NCBI GenBank assembly: GCA_964567315.1
Contig: CAZMMH010000002.1
Coordinates: 1-29,676, forward strand
DNA length: 29,676 nucleotides
DNA from: an uncultured Gammaproteobacteria bacterium
GTDB taxonomy: Bacteria; Pseudomonadota; Gammaproteobacteria; CAZMMH01
Reading direction: 5' to 3'
Position 1 is the stretch's first letter; every line of letters starts with the position of its first letter. The translations under genes and the position numbers were made by a program. The notes beneath the pieces are model-generated. The model had not been told where the DNA came from, did no database searches, and saw nothing but the letters and a program-made list of their open reading frames with translations. Of the stretch, positions 6,237 through 13,148 are shown in pieces.

Positions 6237-9167
6237 ATGCCGCACAGGATGTTTCGTCTAAATCCCCACAGCCCGATCAAGCGTCCCCTCATCGTGACCG
6301 TGGTGGCGGCGATCGGGTTGTTGCTGGCCGTCTTCATCTCCGCCACCTACAGGCTGCGCACCGACGTGGAACGGGAGGACATGGCGCGCCTGGGACAGGG
6401 GGCGCAAAACCTTTTCCGCCTTGAACTGAGGGAAGACAACAACGCCCTGCACGGGCTGTTGACCCTGATGGAGAGGAACCCGGTGCTGCTCCGGGCCTGG
6501 GCCCGCGGCGACCGCGCGGCCCTGCTGGCGGCCAGCCGCCCGCTGTTCGAGGCGATGCGTGCCGCCAGCCGCGTGGATGGGCTGCGCTTCATCCAGCCGG
6601 ATGGCAGGGTCTTCCTGCGGGTGGACGACCCGGGACGCCACGGCGACCGGATCGGTACGGCGGCCTTGCGCCAACTGGCGGAGGCGGGGACCTTTGCCAG
6701 CGCGATCGAGCTCAACGGCGCGGGGGCGCTGACCTTGCGGGCCGGCGCCCGTTGGCGGGCCCATGGCCGGGACCTCGGTTTCGTGCAATTGGACAAGGGT
6801 GTCGTGCCGATGGTCGACGAGGTGCACCGACGCCTCGGCCTCGACATGATGATCCTGTTCCCCGCCGGTGCCGGCGGCCGCAGGGCCGCGGCGGCGCCGG
6901 GGCAGACGCGAATCGGCGGCTACTCCCTGGTGGCCAGCACCCTGATGGGGGTGCCGGTGTCGCTGCGCCGCTTCATCGAACGTGGTTTCGCCCTGGGCCG
7001 CGGCCCCGACCTGCGCTATCCGGGCGAAGAGACGCCACGCTTCACCCTGGCCTTCGCCCTGCCGGCGATCCAGGGCGGCGGCACTCTTCCCGCCCGGGGT
7101 CTGCTGATCAGCGGTGCGGACGTGGGGCGCCACGCCCTGCACCGCAGCGTGGGCCTGGTGACCGGGGCCAGTCTGGCCCTGGCGGCGCTGCTGGTGATGT
7201 TCTTTTCCCGCCAGCTGGAATATATCGAGCAGCAGGTGCTCACGGCCAATCGGGCCCTCGCCGATGGACGCCGCAACCTGGAAAGGCAGGTGGCGGAGCG
7301 GACCCGGGCCCTGCGGGCGTCGGAAAACAAATACCGGGCGGTGATGGAGCACGCCGGCGACGGCATCCTGCTCGCCGAACCGGAGGGCCGGCTGATCGAA
7401 GCAAACCGCCAGGCGGAGATCATCACCGGTTATCCGCGCGAACAGTTGCTGAACATGACCGCGGCGCAGTTGCATCCGCTGGATGAGCGCAACGCCGTGG
7501 AGCGCGCGTTCGAGGCGATGGCCAAGGGGCACTCCCTGCTGCACCAGTTGCAGGTCCTGCGCAAGGACGGGGCCCTGCTGCCGGTGGAGATCGCCTCCGG
7601 CCAGGTGGCGGTGGGCCGCACGCCGCTGGTGGTGGCCATCCTGCGGGACATCAGCGAGCGCATCCGCGCCCGCGAGGCCCTGCGGGCGAGCAGCCAGCTG
7701 TTGGAGCGGACCTTCGACAGCCTGGACGACGCCCTGTTCCTGATCGACCCGAAGAGTCGGCGGGTGATCTCCTGCAACCAGGCCGTGGAGAGAATTTTTT
7801 ATTACCCCAAGGACGAGGTGGTGGGCCGCTCCAGCAAGATGTTGCACACCGGCCCGGAGCAGGCGGAGGCGTTCATCCGCAGCGCCTTCGCCGCCCTGGA
7901 CAGCGACGGGGTGTTCCATACCGAGTTCCAATTGCGGCGGCGCGACGGCAGCGTGTTTCCCAGCGAGCACACGGTGACCGAGATCGTTGGCGAGGACGGC
8001 AAGCGGGTGACGCTGGTCTCGATCGCGCGGGACATTACCCGGCGCAAGCATGCCGAGGCGGCGCTGTTGCGCAGCGAGGAGCGTTTCCAGCTGGCCATGC
8101 GCGGGGTCAACGACGGCCTTTGGGACTGGCAGGTGCAGGCCAACGAGATCTATTTTTCTCCGCGCTGGAAGGAGATGCTCGGCTACGCCGACGGTGGACT
8201 GCCCAACCGGCTGGAGGAGTGGACGAGCCGGGTCCACCCCAAGGACTGGCCGGCGGTCAAGGCGGCCATCGACGAGCACCTGCTCGGACAGGCGCCGAAA
8301 TTCGAAAAGACTTACCGTATGCGCCATGTCGACGGTCATTATGTCTGGATCCTCGGCCGCGGCCAGGCCCTGTATGGCGACGACGGCATGCCGTCACGGA
8401 TGGTCGGCACCCACACCGATATTACCGAGCGGGTCGAGGCCGAGGAGCGTGAACGCCAGCTCCAGGCCCAGCTGTTGCGGCTCGAACGCCTGAGCACCAT
8501 GGGTGAGATGGCGACCTCACTGGCCCACGAACTGAATCAGCCCCTGGCGGCGGTGGTGAATTTTGCCGGCGGCTGCATCTACCGCATTCGCGCGGGCAAG
8601 GCCGACGAGGCGGGATTGCTGTTTGCCCTGGAGCGGATCTCGGAACAGGGCAAGCTGGCCGGCGAGATCATCCGCAGGGTCCGCATGTTCGTGAGCAAGG
8701 CGGAACTGCAGGTGGAGACCATCGAGCTGCACCAGGTGCTCGACGAGGCGCTGGTTTTTCTCGACGGCGTGCTGCGGCGCGGCCGGGTGGCCATCCGCAT
8801 CGAGCTGGGGAAGGGGCTGCCGGCCGTGCTCGGGGACCGGGTGCAGTTGCAGCAGGTGCTGATGAACCTGATACGCAATGCCGGCGAGGCGATGGCGGAA
8901 CAGCCGGAGGAGGAACGCCGCTTGACGATTGCCGCCGAGCCGGACAAGGATGGCAACCTGGAGGTGGCGGTCAGCGACAACGGCCCGTCGGCGGTCGCCG
9001 CCGAACTGGAGGGAATGTTTCGCCCGTTCCATACCTCCAAGGCCGAGGGCATGGGCATGGGGCTGGCAATCTGTCGTACGATAGTGGAGTCCCATCATGG
9101 CCGGATCTGGGCCGAAGCGAATGGACATCGCGGGATTAGCGTGCACTTCACCCTGCCGAAGGCTTAG
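6237..9167 (+). CDS. Membrane sensor histidine kinase: TM - Cache-like periplasmic domain - TM - three PAS domains - HisKA - HATPase (FixL/TtrS-type transmitter)
   Basis: Two hydrophobic segments flank a domain containing VFLRVDDPGRHGD (dCache_3-like). PAS/PAC repeats include WDWQVQANEIYFSPRWKEMLGY...VHPKD. H-box MATSLAHELNQPL, N-box QVLMNLIRNA, G1 DNGPS, F-box FRPFHTSK, G2 GMGMGLAIC. Start could alternatively be ATG 6250. Confidence 0.93.
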   Translation: MPHRMFRLNPHSPIKRPLIVTVVAAIGLLLAVFISATYRLRTDVEREDMARLGQGAQNLFRLELREDNNALHGLLTLMERNPVLLRAWARGDRAALLAASRPLFEAMRAASRVDGLRFIQPDGRVFLRVDDPGRHGDRIGTAALRQLAEAGTFASAIELNGAGALTLRAGARWRAHGRDLGFVQLDKGVVPMVDEVHRRLGLDMMILFPAGAGGRRAAAAPGQTRIGGYSLVASTLMGVPVSLRRFIERGFALGRGPDLRYPGEETPRFTLAFALPAIQGGGTLPARGLLISGADVGRHALHRSVGLVTGASLALAALLVMFFSRQLEYIEQQVLTANRALADGRRNLERQVAERTRALRASENKYRAVMEHAGDGILLAEPEGRLIEANRQAEIITGYPREQLLNMTAAQLHPLDERNAVERAFEAMAKGHSLLHQLQVLRKDGALLPVEIASGQVAVGRTPLVVAILRDISERIRAREALRASSQLLERTFDSLDDALFLIDPKSRRVISCNQAVERIFYYPKDEVVGRSSKMLHTGPEQAEAFIRSAFAALDSDGVFHTEFQLRRRDGSVFPSEHTVTEIVGEDGKRVTLVSIARDITRRKHAEAALLRSEERFQLAMRGVNDGLWDWQVQANEIYFSPRWKEMLGYADGGLPNRLEEWTSRVHPKDWPAVKAAIDEHLLGQAPKFEKTYRMRHVDGHYVWILGRGQALYGDDGMPSRMVGTHTDITERVEAEERERQLQAQLLRLERLSTMGEMATSLAHELNQPLAAVVNFAGGCIYRIRAGKADEAGLLFALERISEQGKLAGEIIRRVRMFVSKAELQVETIELHQVLDEALVFLDGVLRRGRVAIRIELGKGLPAVLGDRVQLQQVLMNLIRNAGEAMAEQPEEERRLTIAAEPDKDGNLEVAVSDNGPSAVAAELEGMFRPFHTSKAEGMGMGLAICRTIVESHHGRIWAEANGHRGISVHFTLPKA

Positions 9168-9177
9168 GAGGAAAGCA

Positions 9178-9798
9178 ATGCATGAGAAGGCTGTCGTCTA
9201 TGTTGTCGACGATAATGAGGAGTTGCGCGTTTCCCTGCGCTGGCTCTTGGAATCGGTTGGGGCGCGGGTCGCGACGTTTGCCTCGGCCCAGGAGTTCCTC
9301 GACGCCTTCGATCCGCGGCAGCCGGCCTGCCTGATCCTCGACATCCGCATGCCGGGGATGAGCGGCCTGGAATTGCAGGAAAAGCTCAAACGGGACCAGG
9401 GGCACCTGCACATCATCTTCCTTACCGGCCACGGCAATGTGCAGATCGCGGTGCGGGCCATGCACGACGGCGCGGTGGACTTCTTCGAAAAGCCGGTGGA
9501 CGAACAGATGCTGCTGGACCGGGTGCAGACGGTGCTGCAGCAGATCGATGAGCAGCGCGCGACGATGATGGAACGTGCCGTGCTGGAGGCACGGCTCAGT
9601 CTTCTGACCCCGCGTGAGCGCGAGGTTCTGGAGCACGTGGTCGCCGGCAAGCGGACCAAGAATATCGCCGAGGATCTCGGCATCAGCGCCCGCACCATCG
9701 AGGCCCATCGGGCCAAGATCATGGAGAAGATGCGGGCCAATTCGGTCGGCGAACTGGTCTCCAAGGTGATGGAGTTCCGGCAGGGCAACGTTGCGTAG
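9178..9798 (+). CDS. Response regulator, FixJ/TtrR family (receiver + LuxR-type HTH)
   Basis: ATG 9178 follows an AGGAGG RBS. Motifs VYVVDD, CLILDIRMPGMSG, FLTGHG, DFFEKP, and HTH LTPREREVL...KNIAEDLGISARTIEAHRAKIMEKM. Confidence 0.94.
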   Translation: MHEKAVVYVVDDNEELRVSLRWLLESVGARVATFASAQEFLDAFDPRQPACLILDIRMPGMSGLELQEKLKRDQGHLHIIFLTGHGNVQIAVRAMHDGAVDFFEKPVDEQMLLDRVQTVLQQIDEQRATMMERAVLEARLSLLTPREREVLEHVVAGKRTKNIAEDLGISARTIEAHRAKIMEKMRANSVGELVSKVMEFRQGNVA

Positions 9799-9893
9799 TT
9801 TCGCGCAGCCGCAACGGGACTAGCCCGAATCGCATTTTCTTCACGCCTGGTTAATCTTCAACGCTTGGGGCCGGTTCGGTCGGCCCGGAGCGA

Positions 9894-10271
9894 GTGTTGG
9901 GGGATGCCGTGCGTCGCTACACCGTCTATGTGGTTGAGGACAATCACCAGTTGCGTGATTCCCTGCGCTGGCTGCTGGAGGGCGCGGGCTACCGTGTGAC
10001 CTGCTTTGCCGGCGCCGACGAGTTTCTGGGCGCCTGTGACGCGGGTGGACGCTGCTGCCTGATCACCGATGTGGTGATGCCCGGAATGGACGGGCTCGAT
10101 CTGTTGCGCGAAATGGCGCAGCGGGCGCTGAATATCCCCAGTATCGTGATGACCGCCTATGACAGCCGCCTGTTGCGCGAACGGGTGGCGGCCGCCGGGG
10201 CGTCGGGCTACCTATGCAAGCCGTTCGAGGCGAACGAACTGTTGGCGTACCTCGGCTCGTTGAGTGGATGA
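9894..10271 (+). CDS. Stand-alone receiver-domain protein (single-domain response regulator)
   Basis: VYVVEDN, LITDVVMPGMDG (phospho-Asp), VMTAY and YLCKPF are all present. No output domain. GGAG RBS; start GTG 9894 or TTG 9897. Confidence 0.88.
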   Translation: MLGDAVRRYTVYVVEDNHQLRDSLRWLLEGAGYRVTCFAGADEFLGACDAGGRCCLITDVVMPGMDGLDLLREMAQRALNIPSIVMTAYDSRLLRERVAAAGASGYLCKPFEANELLAYLGSLSG

Positions 10272-10296
10272 GTGGTTGGCGAGTGCCTGGCCTGGC

Positions 10297-10500
10297 CTAG
10301 CGCAGCCAGGCCGCGCGCAAGCGCTGGCAGGGTTTGCGCCAGGGGCACTCCGTTTCGGCACAATTGTAGCGCTGCTCGGTACCGAAGCAGGGCTCGTGGC
10401 CGTCGAGTACCTGTTGTTTGCGGATCGCCGAGGGCGGGACCTCGGCGAGGACGCCAGGCCGGTCCGGCGACTGTCGCAGTGTACTGGCCGCGCGATTCAT
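10297..10500 (-). CDS. Small four-cysteine hypothetical protein, 67 aa (C-x8-C-x4-C-x5-C)
   Basis: MNRAASTLRQSPDRPGVLAEVPPSAIRKQQVLDGHEPCFGTEQRYNCAETECPWRKPCQRLRAAWLR*. GAGG RBS lies shortly upstream of ATG 10500. Codons end strongly in G/C on this strand, unlike the overlapping + strand ORFs. Confidence 0.75.
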   Translation of the reverse strand: MNRAASTLRQSPDRPGVLAEVPPSAIRKQQVLDGHEPCFGTEQRYNCAETECPWRKPCQRLRAAWLR

Positions 10501-10629
10501 CGAATACCTCAAAGGTTCGGTCTGGGGCGGCCGTCCGGTACGCCGGCGCCGCGGCAGGCCGGTTTGCAGGGAGAGAAGCTAACAGCAATTAGTTACGAGA
10601 ATTAGAAGGTTTCGTGGCATTCTTACCTG

Positions 10630-10671
10630 GATTTCTCAAATCTGGCGCGCAAGCGCCTGCTCGTCTATAAA
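10630..10671 (+). promoter_or_regulatory. Candidate promoter/operator for the barrel-FecR-cyclase operon
   Basis: Perfect dyad GATTT-CTC-AAATC at 10630-10642 and a -10-like CTATAAA at 10665-10671, within the AT-rich divergent intergenic region. The -35 element is weak. Confidence 0.35.
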
Positions 10672-10853
10672 TTTTTGCAGTGGCTCCATGAACGGTAAAT
10701 TGTGCGAAACACGGTCGCCGCTAGGTGTAACTGCCACGGCTGCGGCCCGCAGCAACGGTGGGCGTTGACGGCGGTCGGGCGTGGTGCTGTGATGCCGGTA
10801 ACGAGTGCGGCGGGCGCCCGGGCCCGCGGCCACGGGGAGGGGGGATAGGTTTC

Positions 10854-12371
10854 ATGGGTATGCAAGGCCTCGGGGCAGCCGCGGTGCTGGCTGTGGTCGT
10901 ACTTGGCGCAGCTCCGGGCGTCAGCGCGGAGACCCGGCTGGAAAGGGCCGCGCAGCAGTTCGCGGGACAGAACTACGAAGAGGCGGCGGCCCTGCTGGCG
11001 CCGCGCTACGCCCATGCCGACGGCTCCGAAGGTTCCCGTCTGCTGGGTTTCGTCTATGTCGGTCAGGGCCGCTATGCGGCGGCCGTTCCCCTCCTGCGCA
11101 TCCGCGTGGCGAAGGTGCCGGAGGACGGGGAGGCGCGGCGCTACCTGGCGCAGGCGCTGTTGGGCGAAGGTGAGGCCCCGGCTGCGCTCGCCCAGCTCGA
11201 CCTACTGCCCGAAACGATGGTCCGCGCCGATTCCACCCTGCTGCTGCGTGGCCGCGTGCTGGCGGCCCTGGGCCGGCTGGAGCCGGCCGCCAGCGCCTTC
11301 CGGGCGGTACGCGGGCCCGCCCTGCGCGGGGAGGCGAGCGTGGAACTGGCGCGGCTCTATCTGGCGGCGGGACACGCAGGCGAGGCGCGGCGGGTGATCG
11401 ATGGAGCGCTTCCGGACGCCGGGCCCTACGCGGCCTACCAACTGCAGGCCCTGCGCGAGCGTCTGCACGGCCAGTGGGTGGAGAAGCGGCTTGGTGTGCA
11501 CCTCGGCTACCGGCTGGAATACGACAGCAACGTGCCGGCCGCGTCCGACGATCCCGTCCTCTCCAGCGGGATCAAGAAGGAGGACTGGCGCAATGTGCTT
11601 ACCGCCGACCTGCTGGGCCGGCAGCCACTGACGGCGGGCTGGGCGCTGTTCGGCGAGGTCCATCTGTATGGCAACAGTCATCACCAACTGAGCGCCTACG
11701 ACCTGCTGCAGCAGAATTACCTGGCCGGCATCGGCTGGTCGGGGCGGGTGATCGGGCTGCGCCTGCCCTACGAATACACCCACGACACCCTGGACGGGCA
11801 CTCCTACATGACCAGCCAGGCGCTGACGCCGGGGCTCTCCGTCAATCTACCGGGCCGCCGGCTGCTATACGCCTACCTGCGGCTGCAGCGGGACGCACTC
11901 GATTCGAGCTGGCTGCTGGCCAACACGGTGGGCTACTGCACCAGTGCCGGCTCCGCATGTGCCGAGGACCGCAGCGGTGATGGGCACTATGCCGGTGTGA
12001 TCTTCTCCATGCCGCTGTTCAGCCGTGGCCACCTGCGGCTGCAGGCCGAGGGCGGCCACAAGAACGCCGATGGGGCCAACTGGGACCACGACCGGGTCGG
12101 CCTGGCGGCCCGGCTGGGCGTTGCCCTGGGTTCGGCCTGGAACGCCTCGCTGGGGGCGGAGCAGCGGCGGGAGTACTACGACAACGTCAACACCATCTGG
12201 CACGCGACCCGCGAGGACACACGCACGCGCTATACGGCGTCGCTGGCCTACCGCCTGGCCACGGGCTGGGATCTGCGGCTACAGGGGTCGTACACCCGCA
12301 ACGACTCCAATATCGCGTTTTACCAGTACTCGCGGCGGGTGGTGGCCTTGGGGATCAACTGGAATTACTGA
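10854..12371 (+). CDS. TPR-containing outer-membrane beta-barrel protein (Slam/DUF560-like), 505 aa
   Basis: ATG 10854 follows a GGGGAGG-rich RBS. Signal peptide-like GLGAAAVLAVVVLGAAPGVSA. Ala/Leu-rich helical TPR-like repeats occupy the first ~190 aa. The barrel has alternating-aromatic strands from LGVHLGYRLEYDSNV to SYTRNDSNIAFYQYSRRVVALGINWNY, with a terminal aromatic residue. Confidence 0.8.
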   Translation: MGMQGLGAAAVLAVVVLGAAPGVSAETRLERAAQQFAGQNYEEAAALLAPRYAHADGSEGSRLLGFVYVGQGRYAAAVPLLRIRVAKVPEDGEARRYLAQALLGEGEAPAALAQLDLLPETMVRADSTLLLRGRVLAALGRLEPAASAFRAVRGPALRGEASVELARLYLAAGHAGEARRVIDGALPDAGPYAAYQLQALRERLHGQWVEKRLGVHLGYRLEYDSNVPAASDDPVLSSGIKKEDWRNVLTADLLGRQPLTAGWALFGEVHLYGNSHHQLSAYDLLQQNYLAGIGWSGRVIGLRLPYEYTHDTLDGHSYMTSQALTPGLSVNLPGRRLLYAYLRLQRDALDSSWLLANTVGYCTSAGSACAEDRSGDGHYAGVIFSMPLFSRGHLRLQAEGGHKNADGANWDHDRVGLAARLGVALGSAWNASLGAEQRREYYDNVNTIWHATREDTRTRYTASLAYRLATGWDLRLQGSYTRNDSNIAFYQYSRRVVALGINWNY

Positions 12372-12381
12372 GGGGAAGCAG

Positions 12382-13110
12382 ATGAAGCGCCTTTGGAGTT
12401 GCGTATTCGCCGCGGGCCTGTGGCTCGCTGCGTTCACCGGACCGGCCATGGCCGCCCCCGTCGGGCAGGTGACGAAGGTGCTGGGCAGCGCCGACGTCAC
12501 CCGCGGCGAGACTCCCGCCCAGCCGCTGAAGGCGGGCGATCCGATTGAGGAGCACGACGTGCTGCGAACCAAACGCGGCTCGCTGCTTGAGGTGACCATG
12601 AGCGACGGCAGCCAGCTGACCCTGGCGGAGAATACCCGCCTGGAGGTGACCCGTTACGTCACCGGCGACCACCCGCAGGGGATCTTCGATCTGGCACGGG
12701 GCAAGGTGCGCAGCGTGGTGACCAAGGTCTTTTCGTCGCGCAGCGAATCCTTCCGCGTACGTACGCCGACCGCCGTGGTCGGGGTCTCGGGGACGGATTT
12801 CGTCACCGAGTATGGCCGCTTCACAGTGGTCTACGTCTATCGCGGCGTGGTGATCGCGCGCAGCGCCGACCCGTCGATCGGCCTTTATCTGATCCTGCGC
12901 CCCGGCCAGGGCGCGATCATCCGCCGCGGCCTGTCGCCGGAATTCTCCGGGCGGATTCCCGACGACTTCTGGGGCGGCGGCAACCAGGACCTGCGCAGCG
13001 GCGGCAACCAGGGAAGCGACAGCAACGGCCTGGAGCCGTATGTGCCGCCGAAGCAGCCGACGCCTCCCAGCGGCGGTGGCGGCGGAGATTACTACACGCC
13101 GATCCAATAG
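12382..13110 (+). CDS. Secreted/periplasmic FecR-domain protein, 242 aa
   Basis: Signal peptide MKRLWSCVFAAGLWLAAFTGPAMA|A. FecR-domain motifs GDPIEEHDVLRT, MSDGSQLTLAENTRLEV, FDLARGKVR and FRVRTPTAVVGVSGTDF. Gly/Pro-rich tail. No anti-sigma N-domain and no TM anchor. Starts 10 nt after the barrel stop. Confidence 0.87.
   Translation: MKRLWSCVFAAGLWLAAFTGPAMAAPVGQVTKVLGSADVTRGETPAQPLKAGDPIEEHDVLRTKRGSLLEVTMSDGSQLTLAENTRLEVTRYVTGDHPQGIFDLARGKVRSVVTKVFSSRSESFRVRTPTAVVGVSGTDFVTEYGRFTVVYVYRGVVIARSADPSIGLYLILRPGQGAIIRRGLSPEFSGRIPDDFWGGGNQDLRSGGNQGSDSNGLEPYVPPKQPTPPSGGGGGDYYTPIQ
12974..13012 (+). repeat. Direct repeat, 15 bp x2, 24-bp period, in the FecR-protein tail
   Basis: GCGGCGGCAACCAGG at 12974-12988 and 12998-13012, encoding GGGNQD / SGGNQG. 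Confidence 0.7.
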
Positions 13111-13148
13111 GGGCCGTTGCGTAGAACGATGCAGTATCGACACCGGAT

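Noticed and set aside
6237-9167. Calling the kinase/regulator pair fixL/fixJ as an oxygen sensor
   Set aside because: The transmitter and regulator are family-like, but no haem-PAS proximal-His signature is recognisable and the periplasmic Cache-like domain is not a FixL feature, so the symbol is withheld.
10264-10605. 113-aa + strand ORF overlapping the receiver stop (also 10272-10592)
   Set aside because: Many A/T-ending codons and no recognisable motif. The minus-strand Cys4 ORF in the same interval has better codon usage and an RBS.
10698-10720. Possible CRP site (AAATTGTGCGAAACACGG) upstream of the cyclase operon
   Set aside because: Only one partial half-site (TGTGC); no TCACA at the 6-nt spacing.
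10695-10740. Resemblance to a c-di-GMP-I (GEMM) riboswitch: GGTAAA...GAAA...CTGCC
   Set aside because: The GAAA loop is not closed by a pair, the GAC-GCAAAG junction is missing, and there is no room for the tetraloop-receptor stem. A cmscan hit to RF01051 would overturn this.
10854-13110. FecR protein as a classical Slam/T11SS lipoprotein or hemophilin substrate
   Set aside because: No lipobox Cys at the cleavage site (AMA|A) and no C-terminal TbpB-like barrel. Kept only as the alternative hypothesis in the main finding.
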